A DNA stretch of 64,000 nt, from NCBI GenBank assembly GCA_032718475.1, contig JAUCBJ010005651.1, forward strand, positions 1-64,000, read 5' to 3'. Positions 26,023 through 36,185 of the stretch are shown one piece after another. Source of the stretch: Nemertoderma westbladi (Eukaryota > Animalia > Xenacoelomorpha). Position numbers and translations under genes: made by a program. Numbering within the stretch: the stretch's first letter is position 1; every line of letters starts with the position of its first letter. The notes beneath the pieces were generated by a model. It had not been told where the DNA came from and made no database searches. It saw nothing but the letters and a program-made list of their open reading frames with translations.

Positions 26023-28439
26023 CCCACACTGGAATCCTTACAGGGTGCGCCGGATTTATCCGGCGCGCATTGAAAAGCCTGGCGCGCAAATTTGGCGCGT
26101 TTTCATAAAACGCGCCAAGATTTGGCGCGCTGGCGCGCAAAAATTATGCATTGGCGCGCTGGCGCGCAAAAATTATGCATTGGCGCGCTGGCGCGCAAAA
26201 ATTATTCATTGGCGCGCTACAAATATTTCATGCCGGGCCACCTCCACCGCTCCACCTATCCCTACATACATCCCATACAGTCAGACAGTCAACCTATCAG
26301 CATTTATAATTTTACATAGATACCCCGTCGCTATGTAAATCCTAGATACCGATAGATATTTTCCTATATACTTAGCCGTGTGTATCCAATGTGTATGTAG
26401 AGTATTGTATGCATTGGCCATAGGCCGTAAGCGTAGGGTAGGATGTAGGGATTAGATGAGGTAGGCTTCACCCCCCTCTCCCAATATCTCCATGTTGTAA
26501 CATTGAGCTTCATGTCTGCCCTGAATGTCCTGTGCTCCTAACCAAACATTATTTTCAGATAACCACAGGTTCCAAGTTTTTTTTACTCTTTATAACCACA
26601 GGTTAGTAACGTTTTAACCGTGGGTTTTTCTTTTATAACCACAGGTTATAAATAAATTAAAGCCTCGGTTTATTAAAATTACCGCCAGTTTTCTCAAATA
26701 AAAACGCCAGTTGACTGTTAATTAAACGGCGGTTTCGTAAAAACTGGTTTATTTGGTTGCCGTTTTACCTGTGGTTTTTTGAGAAAACCGGCAGTTTTAA
26801 ATAGTTGAAACGCCAGTTACCAGCAGTAAACCATAGGTTAATAAATGCCGATTAAGTATTCGACCGGGAATTTGCGTTAAACCAGAACCTGAGGTTACAG
26901 AAACCGGCAGTTCCTTGCTATAAAAAATACCAGAGGTTTTACAACGCATTTTTAGGTTCTAAACAACCGCCGGAACCGCCGGTTTTACGAGAGATAATCA
27001 ACCCCCGGTTTGTACAACTGCCAGTTCTTGGCAACGTTTATTTACATACCGGTACCGCCGGTTTGTAAAGACAACCTGCGGTGGTTTTCGTTGCAAAACA
27101 ACCCCAGGCTGCCAAGTGCCAAGTAGTTCTTGCAAACCGGCAGTTTTTTAACAAAATACCACCACTTACTTTTTTCAGTGTACGCAAAGACAAGAGGGCG
27201 GTCAGTCAAATAAAACATTGGAAAATCGCACGAAATGTGATTGGATGCTTCCTGTTCCAATTGCCTGCCCAAACACTCTGAAAGAAATTGTGACGCTATA
27301 TCTAAAAAAACATAAACCCCCAGTCCTAAAAATGACTGACCCAAGAACGCAGTTGCAGCCTGGCCATGGTCAAGTTATCAAACGTATACAGACGAAAACT
27401 AAATATTTATTTGATGAAATTCGTCATTGAATAGTAATACTGAATCAACTTAGACTTAAATTCTATGCAAATTTTGCCTATTATTAATCTACGCCTATTT
27501 GCAATAGGGAAAGAGGATTGAATTGGGGGGGGGGGGGGGGGGGTGGGTGTAGTGTTGATCAGGGATGGCATAATTTCGAATAATCGAATTTAATTATATT
27601 AACCAAACATATTGGAATTAATGCGATTACTAAAATTATGTTAAAATTGCTCGCTAAAATGTGACCTGATAAAAGTAAAATAAATAAGTAAATAGATTGC
27701 ATCGAGTTATAAAATAATGAAATAACAGTTGTCCATCGTAATGCAGAACATCGTCCCGTGATAAGCGACCTCCACGTCTGAATTTAACAACTTTTATTTT
27801 TGAGCTATTGACTGTTAGGTCGTGGTCTCTGCAGTAGTCAAGTAATGTATCGAGTGCAATCTGAACTTGCGCAATGGAATTTCTACAAATAACTACAGAA
27901 CTAGATCGTCGGCATACATGAATATAAGGCATCCAGTTGCTATAATAACTGCAGGGAGGTCGGAAACAAACAAGATGAATATGAGAGGGTATAGCTCAGT
28001 AGCATGTCACCTTGAATAACTCCAATGGTCTGTGTGATCGGTTCCAGAACATAAATCCCAATTAATATACAAACAAAGTTTATTGCTAGTATTGCCCAAT
28101 CACGGTGATACATTTTCGACTGATGCCAAGTGCCAAGACGGCAATACATTAATACTTAATAAATCCTGAACATTATTGTGTGCTGATGGCCTAATTGTTG
28201 TATCATACAGTATGTGGCATGTTAAGTGAGCTCAAAACAAAATTATTTCCTGGCGTGCATATATTCTTAACTGGCGCCGAATGTATTTTAATTTGTATGC
28301 TACATTTTTTCTGGCGCACATCAATTTATAGAGTTCAGAGTGTTGGCGCGGCGCGATTTCCAATATTACTAGGCGCGGCGCGATTTTCATAATATCTGGC
28401 GCGTTATCCGGAGCGCTTTTTGTAAGGATTCCACTAGGG
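26023..28439. mobile_element. Non-autonomous TIR DNA transposon (~2.4 kb) with subterminal TGGCGCG repeats
   Basis: Left end CCCACACTGGAATCCTTACA; right end TGTAAGGATTCCACTAGGG; ATTGTTG on both flanks (26016-22, 28440-46); clustered TGGCGCG(C) near both ends. Confidence 0.75.
27740..28040 (-). pseudogene. Short decayed LINE RT fragment
   Basis: QTIGVIQGD..LS and LDTLLDYC..LTVNSSKIKVVKFRRGGRL resemble RT motifs around and after the YADD region. Confidence 0.65.
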
Positions 28440-28514
28440 ATTGTTGCTCGTTGTGCATTTTAGCACCTACCACATAGAAATCATTCAGAAGTTCTGTAGG
28501 TTAAGCAATACTGC

Positions 28515-28830
28515 AGGATGCGCACATATTCAGGGGAAGAGTTCGAGGAATCAAAGAATTGAGGCCTGGTAGTCAAAATTCCCCGTTTTGGGAATGTCGG
28601 AATGGTTAACACACTTAAACGAATTAGAATAAACGGTGTCATTAACTTCGAAGATGAACTTCATGTGCAGGTTGTACGCTTCACTTATATGAACTACTTA
28701 CAGCGTGTACTGAATCTTATAAAGCAACGATGGAATAGCCACAGAATTCGCACTATAGTAGTTTAATATCACCGGGAGGTGAACCAGATTTGTTATACCT
28801 TGACGTTCCGAACTATATAGAAACTGTTAG
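28515..28830 (+). pseudogene. Relic of an integrase-core (IS3EU-like) DDE transposase
   Basis: Manual translation across frameshifts gives AHIQGKSSRNQRIEAW ... QRWNSHRIR ... PDLLY. This matches the recalled G-S--NQRIE-W / WN-HRIR pattern of that group. Confidence 0.55.
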
Positions 28831-29527
28831 TGATCATGATATCAATCTACTGAACATATTTACCAGTTCAAACCATCTTGCATTCGCTCTATGGAGTTGG
28901 CTGGAGACAACATTTTTGCAGAAGATGAGGCGCCCCCAAAGATCAAGACACCAACAAACTGTCACAACTTAACTGACTGTCAGAACACATGTTTTTAGGC
29001 CTACCTAGTTACCTTTTAAATAATGTCAATCGCTTATAAAATCTAATATAAATACAGTATAATAATATGTTGACAGACATTCTTAGATATTACAGACATT
29101 TTTTGCTCGGGAAGATTCAATCTTTAAAGTCAATTATCCCAACTATGAAATGAAAGCTACAGTATAGCCGTGTGCAAAATAATTTTTTGTGAGAAATTTT
29201 TACTTTTCAATAGTTACATCTTGAAATTGTTATATCTTGTTTTTTTTTAGAAAAAAATCAGTGTTATTTTTTGTTAATTTAAAATTTTATTTTGAAGAAT
29301 AACGGTATTTTCCTTGAAAAGTCTGAAACAAATATTCTGCTGTAAACGGCCATGCTGATTCAAAAATAACAGATTACAACTTCTGAAAATATAGGATACC
29401 GAAGGTGTAGCATCTGGTCCCTAAGGGGCAGCAAAAATCTAAATTAATTTCAATTCAATATACAGCAGTCCACCGAAAATGCATATACTTTATTTCTACT
29501 TTTTTTGAGCAGTCTTATTTATGCATC

Positions 29528-30113
29528 AACCGGGTGAAAAATATTTATCACCCGGGTGAAAACATTTATCACCCGGGTAAAAACATTTATCACCCGGGTA
29601 AAAACATTTATCACCCGGGTGAAAACATTTATCACCCGGGTGAAAACATTTATCACCCGGGTGAAAACATTTATCACCCGGGTGAAAACATTTATCACCC
29701 GGGTGAAAATTATTTTAATGTATAACTATTGTCTTCCGTTTATTGTTTTGGTTTGAATAACATGCCACTGTAACCTGATCCTTTCCCTTAATTGATTAAT
29801 AAGATTGGTCGAGATATTAATTCACCAATAGTGACTCTGGATCAAAATGAGCTTTCGATATTATTTATAAGGAACTAACTACATGTGTTCAGAGTTCTGA
29901 TATTTTTCACCCGGGTGATAAATGTTTTTCACCCGGGTGAAAAAGGTTTTACACGCGGGTGATAAATGCTTTTCAACCGGGTAATAAATGTTTTTTACCC
30001 GGGTGATAAATTTTTTTCACCCGGGTGATAAATGTTTTTCACCCGGGTGATAAATGTTTTTCACCCGGGTGATAAATGTATTTCACCCGGGTGATAAATG
30101 TTTTTCACCCGGT
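29528..30113. mobile_element. Foldback-like element: two inverted arrays of a 21-22 bp unit containing the palindrome TCACCCGGGTGA, around a ~190-bp centre
   Basis: Left array (TTTATCACCCGGGTGAAAACA)n at 29528-29710; right array (TTTTTCACCCGGGTGATAAATG)n at 29902-30113. Confidence 0.85.
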
Positions 30114-30399
30114 GCAGTGATTGTGGTTTGGTGCCATGGTTCCAAGAACCAAAGGCAGCTTTGGCCTTCCAGCGACGGTTGCTAAACACAACCATAGCTC
30201 GTAAGTTCATGGAGCTGAAAGCCACGGAGGACCGAGTAGTACTGTAGGTGCCAAGCATCGTCACCTTGCATCTTGTCTGGTGGACCCGTGCCTACTCGAG
30301 CTAGTCGTCTGCCTGGCCAACACCTAGTGTGACGGTAAGCTTGAGCGACAGAGGTCTGACCAGGATGAAAAGTTTAGGTGGTGGGCTGTCAGACAAAGG

Positions 30400-30985
30400 A
30401 CACCCTTACTAAACATTATTGGCATGTTGTCGCTACAACGGCGTGTCATCTGAAGCAACAGGGCTTGATTGCTGTGCCGTTCGACAAGGGGAATGGGTAC
30501 TGCATTATGAAGAAGGAGTCGTACCTCGCCCAGGTGGATGCGCTCATTGCCGACCCGATCAAGTTTGGTCCCCCTCCTGGTTGACCCAGTGCTGTTAAGA
30601 TAGATATCTACCGTTGGAGGGTGGAGGTTATTCGGGACGAGGTTACCAGAATCGTGGGGAAGGAGAATAAGGAACTTCTGGCGAGGCTATTGCCTCGCAA
30701 AGATACCACTCCTCCCAGGCTGTATGACCTTGCTAAGGTACATGCAGCTGGTGCCATAACCTCTATGCCCGGCAGCATTTACCATCCTGTCGCTGGGTTT
30801 CTCAGAGATATGCTTGATGTGCTGCCCAAAGGTAAGATATCCACTAACAGCTCTGGGTCTGACGATCGTCTCGCTGAACTAGAGGTTAGAACCCACGGAC
30901 CGTATCTACTCCCTGGACGTTGTGAGTTTATTCACAATGTCCCACTGAACGCACTGAGGGAGGCGGTGCAACCCGGACAGCCAGC
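30400..30985 (+). pseudogene. Penelope-like element reverse transcriptase relic
   Basis: PFDKGNGYCIMKKESY, PPRLYDLAKVH and, frameshifted at ~30909, SLDVVSLFTNVPL; these are typical PLE RT motifs. Confidence 0.8.
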
Positions 30986-31340
30986 CAATCAGTATAACAA
31001 TAAAAATATAAATAAAAATAAATAATAATTTATAAATATACAGTAATATAAAATAAATTTAAATAGCCTTACGAAACAGCGAGGGGCTTTGCTTACTAAA
31101 GCAAAAGCTAAAGCTGGACCACGCTCCGCGTGGAGCTCGGATGGAAGATTCTTGGTCGCTCGAATTGGTGGTACACCAATGGTGGTTTCATCCCTTGCTG
31201 ACAATGAAGCATGGACACCTCCATCATCAGATACACCGGTGGTTGTACGTCAGAAATCGAACGCAGGCCTCCTGTACAAATACCAGAACCTCAACCAATG
31301 CTGCAATGGTTGCTCCAGCTACAACCCCCATGAGTCAATG

Positions 31341-31496
31341 GCGCGGACTGACCGCAAACACAAAATAAATTTTAGTGGGTTTGAAAATTAATTTAATTTA
31401 AATAAAAACATTAAGGGAAAGGAGCAGGTTACAGTGGCAGTATTTTCTAACCAAAACAATAAACTATACATTATTTCACTTGCGGTCAATTTGCGC
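31341..31496. mobile_element. MITE carrying the shared core (- orientation)
   Basis: Arms GCGCGGACTGACCGCAA / TTGCGGTCAATTTGCGC; core at 31410-31466. Confidence 0.65.
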
Positions 31497-31992
31497 TGAA
31501 GATCACGATTTTCGCTTGCGGTCAAAGTGTGCCACTATCTGAACCTCACACGCCAGCAAATTCGTCAAATACAGACACTATCACTGGCCCAAGGAACTGC
31601 AAAGAACTATAAATATAATTAAGTCATTTTCTCTAACCCCAGTTCTTTCAAAATTATATTAGTCACTGGTAGAAACATATTTTAATTACTGCATCTCTCT
31701 ATGGGGTCAAGCAAATATGCAATCAAGTTCAAATAAAGCTACACCGACTGCGAGTATGTCTAAATATACAGGTCCTCGCCGTCGTAGACGCAAACATAGA
31801 AACCAACCAATGAACATACATAAATTACGTAGCCTCTACAACAATGTGTAATAATTAAATATTACAACCCAAATTTTAATCCTCACTGTTTACGTTGTTT
31901 GTACATTTCTCAAGTAGGTGCAATCTGTATCAAGTACATTAACGGAATACTCCCGAATGATATTTTTCCACATCTTTTAACTCCCATAGACC

Positions 31993-32100
31993 ATAGGGAA
32001 AATACATAGAGTCAGTTGTAAGCTGTCACGCTAAAGTATTTATACATTAGATTGACAGCTTGCAACTACAGTAATGACTAACTCTATGTATTTTCCCTAT
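31993..32100. mobile_element. ~108-bp palindromic MITE
   Basis: Perfect 20-bp TIR ATAGGGAAAATACATAGAGT / ACTCTATGTATTTTCCCTAT, plus an inner IR AGTTGTAAGCTGTCA / TGACAGCTTGCAACT. Confidence 0.8.
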
Positions 32101-33720
32101 CACGATTACCTTACATTACTGTATATATACACGTTAACCTTTTTGGGATTCACCTATCAGGTAGTCCCCATTAAAAATTATAAATATAGACCCCTACCCC
32201 ACCTTTTCCTGTTAGTTGCCAGTACATAGTCTGACAGTCTGATGCAGACCGGTCAGCCGGTAGGTCGAAAACGTTTACTATTGTATCTCCCTAATTAATA
32301 TAATATGACCGGTTAAAGACCCTCAATACTTTATATATTTTTTCTACTGTCTGATTTGTGTACACTACTGCACTATGCTACAGCTGGCTGGCTGGTGAAT
32401 GCCTACCTGCCTATGCCTACCCAGCTACCACTTCATCCGTTCGAATACTAGACAGCACTCAGGCTGTCAGGCACTCTGGCACTGGCAGTGCTCCGAAAAA
32501 ATCCATTACCGGTAGGACCTACTGCTGTAGTACTGCTACACTGTCTGACTATACACTCACACTAATTCGGATCACTAATCTGCGACTGTATGTCAGTATG
32601 TCGGAAGTTCGGAATTATATGAACCCGATGGCTGGATGGGGAGCAATAAATTCCGTACGCCGTATGCAGGTTATGACTGTCTGTACCGTACTCTGTATGA
32701 CAGTATGGACCATGACCCTGGCAGCCTGGACTGCTGGACGCGTGGACGGCAGACAGGCAGACGGATGTCCCTGCTTCCCTGTGCTGCTGCAGTGCCTGAG
32801 TGCTGTACCCTGGCAGCCTGGTACATGATGTACAGACGTACTGACACTGACGTACGGGCTGTCGGGGCTCTCGCTTGCTGCTCGGCTTCTCATACTGTCA
32901 TATTTAGCAAATGTCAGAATGTCAAACAGTCGGACAGAATGTCGCAGAAACCACCCAAAATATTAATTTGGAGGAGTGTCCGTTCAAGGTCAGAAGGTAC
33001 CGGTACTACTACACTACTGCACTAGGTGCTAGGCTTCAAACTACCACCAGACCACTCACTGCTGCACTGTCTGCAACTGTTTCGCCTGACCGCGCACAAT
33101 CGACAATTTTTCAGCTGCGCGATATTTGACTATATACTGATATACCAGTATACAGATATCCAGATATCAGGATATACCAGTCCAGTATACTGCAGTACTG
33201 GTATACACTGATACAGGTATAACGGACCGGTACCGGCAGACAGGTACCGTACCACAGTCTGACAGTACCACGCATGGATGGACCGAAGACTGGAAGAACC
33301 GCGCGCACCAAGTACCGGTACAGGTCCAGAGGTCTGCAGGTTCCAGGTTAACAGCTCAACTCCAATTATTTTATTAATCAGTTAATACAGTATTACTGTA
33401 TTCGGCTGTTCATAGATTAGAGTGATTAGACCAATTAAATTACAGCTGTATGGCTGTATGGGGTCTAATTACTGAATTATTATACAATGGCTGAATGGAA
33501 TAGCAGTACCGGTAATGAATTCAGGAATTCCAACTCCATATTTCAGTACCGGTAGGCCTATATCCAAAATCCAAACGTACCGCCCGTACCGGTACCGTAC
33601 TCCAAAAGTTGAATCTTAATAAAAAGTTGAATTTTAAAAAATAAAGTTGATATTTCAACTCAGTCGAAAGGAAATTCTCCCCGACCAACCGACTGTAAAT
33701 TCGGGGGTGACAGACCTGCA

Positions 33721-34290
33721 GACCGAAGAACGAACGTAATCAGGATCGAACTGTCGAATGTAACATAGTTTTTACGAATCGAACGTAATCTCAATTATGT
33801 TACATTGGATCCTATGACTATTAACTATGTTACATTCGATCTACAAATTACTGAATTACTAAGCCCGAATCAGCGAATGTAACATACATTTATTTCAGTT
33901 GTGTTTTGATTTCAAGAGTTAACCGATGAAATGCTTTGTTTATTTGCAGGAAGAAACAGTTTGGTGAGTACAAAACAAAGACCCAAGACCCAATTACAGA
34001 ATTAATTAACCTGCATAATCTTGTAACATGTGTTAACTTTCGTTTATTGTTTTGGTTCCCCCAACACGCCACTAACCTGCTCCTTTAAATGGCGATTTCG
34101 TTTATTGTTTTGGTTCCCCCAACACGCCTATGTAGCCTGATCCTTTAAATGGCAATGTTACATTCGTGCTTAGTAATTTGTAGATCGAATGTAACATAGT
34201 TATAGGAGGATCCAATGTAACATAATTGCGGTTACGTTCGATACGTAATAACTACCGGTATGTTACATTCAATCCTGATTACGTTCGGTC
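33721..34290. mobile_element. Foldback/MITE with long imperfect arms (ATGTTACATTCG-rich) and a duplicated shared core
   Basis: 33721-33885 is inverted against 34155-34290; the core occurs at 34016-34088 and 34098-34148. Confidence 0.8.
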
Positions 34291-34433
34291 ATGTATCCTA
34301 AATTCGTCTGTGAACTGTAGAATATATTCCGAAGAAATAGAGTATTTTGTCAGTAATCATTGTTCCTTACAATACTAGTTAACGATATAGGCCCTATACA
34401 TTAATTTACCAATGATATGAATATGTTCCCATA

Positions 34434-35657
34434 ATGCCTGCGCTAAAGTCGCTTCTTAGTGACTACGTACACTCGGACCTGTCGTACAAAGATGTTTCCA
34501 AACTAGCTACTCCGTATCCGGACCTCAAACCTGGTAAGGATAAGTTTATGTACAACGATGGCACGACCCGCAATCTTGTTCGACTTGTCGGGACCATACC
34601 TGTCCTTTACCGTTCGTCTCGTTATAACATCCCGATAGAACTGTGGTTGCAGCCGACCCACCCTTACACCGCTCCGATATGCTACGTTAAACCGACATCG
34701 GATATGTTGGTGAAAGCTTCGCCACAAGTCGACAGCAACGGTAAGGTCTACCTGCCATATCTGACCGAGTGGAATTTCCCGCAATCGGATCTGTACACCT
34801 TAGTACAGATATTGAGCTTGACATTCGGCGAGGATTGTCCGGTGTATAAGAAACCGGCTAACATGCCGTACGCAGCGCCGGCGCCCTACGCTCCACCGCC
34901 CCAGCCAGGCTACCCCCCGGGTATTGGCGGCCCCCCGGCTGGCTACACGCCGATGCCAACCCTCCCCGCTCGAGGGTTCCCCTCCTACCCGACCGCCCGT
35001 CCGCCCTACCAACCCCCGGCGTTAAACACACCGTACGGCCCCTCACGCCCGGCCTATAACGCCGCGTACGGCTACCCCGCCCCCACTCGCCCTCCCGTGC
35101 CCCCTTTCCCGCCGGCCGGGCAAGGCCAGTATCAGCAGACGGGGTACCCGGACGCCGCAGTGCGGGCGAGTTTGGTGAGTGCGGTTGACGAGAAGCTGAA
35201 ACGGCGTCTCAAACAGACGATAGCGCAAGCCGACGCGGAGATAGAGTCGCTGAAAAAGTGTCAGAACGATCTACAACGGGGGAGTCAACGTCTAGAAAAC
35301 ATAATAACGAGTTTAGAGAAAGATAACGACGATATAGAAAGACATTTCATAGTTCTTAAACAGAAGAACGAAGACATTGTCAAAGCCATTGATGAGGTGG
35401 AGAATAAAGTAGACGACTCCGAAACGGATGTAGACGAAGCAGTACAGCCAACCACGCCTCTCTACCACCAGATGCTCAATCTATTCGCCTCGGAGAACGC
35501 GATTGAGGACACTCTGTATTACCTCGGAGACGCGTTGAAGATGGGACTTGTGGAACTCGAGATTTACCTCAAACAGGTTCGAACTCTCTCCCGGAAACAG
35601 TTTGAACTCAGAGCGTTGATATTCAAAGCGAGACAGAAAGCGGGGTTGCGCTGTTAG
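34434..35657 (+). CDS. TSG101: ESCRT-I subunit TSG101/Vps23, 407 aa, single-exon ORF
   Basis: UEV domain (L.GTIPV.Y..RYNIPI.LWL..THPY..PICYVKPT.DM, VDSNGKVYLPYL.EW); Pro-rich region; coiled coil (RASLVSAVDEKLKRRL); steadiness box (ENAIEDTLYYLGDAL..YLKQVR.LSRKQF.LRAL..KARQKAGL). Confidence 0.97.
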   Translation: MPALKSLLSDYVHSDLSYKDVSKLATPYPDLKPGKDKFMYNDGTTRNLVRLVGTIPVLYRSSRYNIPIELWLQPTHPYTAPICYVKPTSDMLVKASPQVDSNGKVYLPYLTEWNFPQSDLYTLVQILSLTFGEDCPVYKKPANMPYAAPAPYAPPPQPGYPPGIGGPPAGYTPMPTLPARGFPSYPTARPPYQPPALNTPYGPSRPAYNAAYGYPAPTRPPVPPFPPAGQGQYQQTGYPDAAVRASLVSAVDEKLKRRLKQTIAQADAEIESLKKCQNDLQRGSQRLENIITSLEKDNDDIERHFIVLKQKNEDIVKAIDEVENKVDDSETDVDEAVQPTTPLYHQMLNLFASENAIEDTLYYLGDALKMGLVELEIYLKQVRTLSRKQFELRALIFKARQKAGLRC

Positions 35658-36101
35658 GCCCGACCCCACGATTGGGAATTTTACAATTAATTTACTTTAA
35701 TTAATATTGTTTTGTTTGACTGTCAACTTGTTACGCAGGGGGTTATTTAATTAATTAATTAATTAATATACCAGGTATTTATTGGTTAGTGTGATTCTGC
35801 AGTATCTTTTTGAGGCCTTGCCAAACAGCACATGGGCCTTGTCTTATTGTTAGATAACGTATTTACCAATATAATAATAAGTTATTTTCAGCTTGCGGCA
35901 GTTCCAAACTGAAACTACTTGGTAACAATCACACAAACACCCATCCCACTGCTGTACGGTACGCGCTTCCGCTTAAATGTATATTTTTCCGTTTATGTTA
36001 GAAACTTTCACTCGAATTATATATATATAATTATATATAATATTTACTTTTAAATGGTTTAACCATGTTGGTTTACCGGAGGGGTTTTATTGCTTCACTA
36101 A

Positions 36102-36185
36102 TAGGGGTGCACCGGGGCGGATATCCTATCCGGTCGGATATCCGGTGAGAATTTACCAATATCCGGTAATCCGGCCGGATATTTT
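36102..36185. mobile_element. Possible hAT-type transposon end fragment
   Basis: TAGGGGTGCACCG followed by clustered ATATCCGG/CCGGATAT subterminal motifs; no partner end was found. Confidence 0.4.

Noticed and set aside
25419-26338. Cys/Leu-rich membrane-protein-like ORFs
   Set aside because: They are open in several frames because the microsatellite lacks stop codons.
27523-27543. Poly-G/C runs (also ~53455, ~57680, ~60682) as functional G-quadruplexes
   Set aside because: Simple homopolymers with unreliable lengths and no supporting context.
31060-31200. Possible LINE ORF1 C-terminal fragment (SLTKQRGALL..AWSSDGR)
   Set aside because: Too short and degenerate to call without a search.
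31165-31240. Possible hammerhead ribozyme near the Penelope-like relic (minus strand CTGATGA...GAAAC)
   Set aside because: Stems I and II do not pair correctly.
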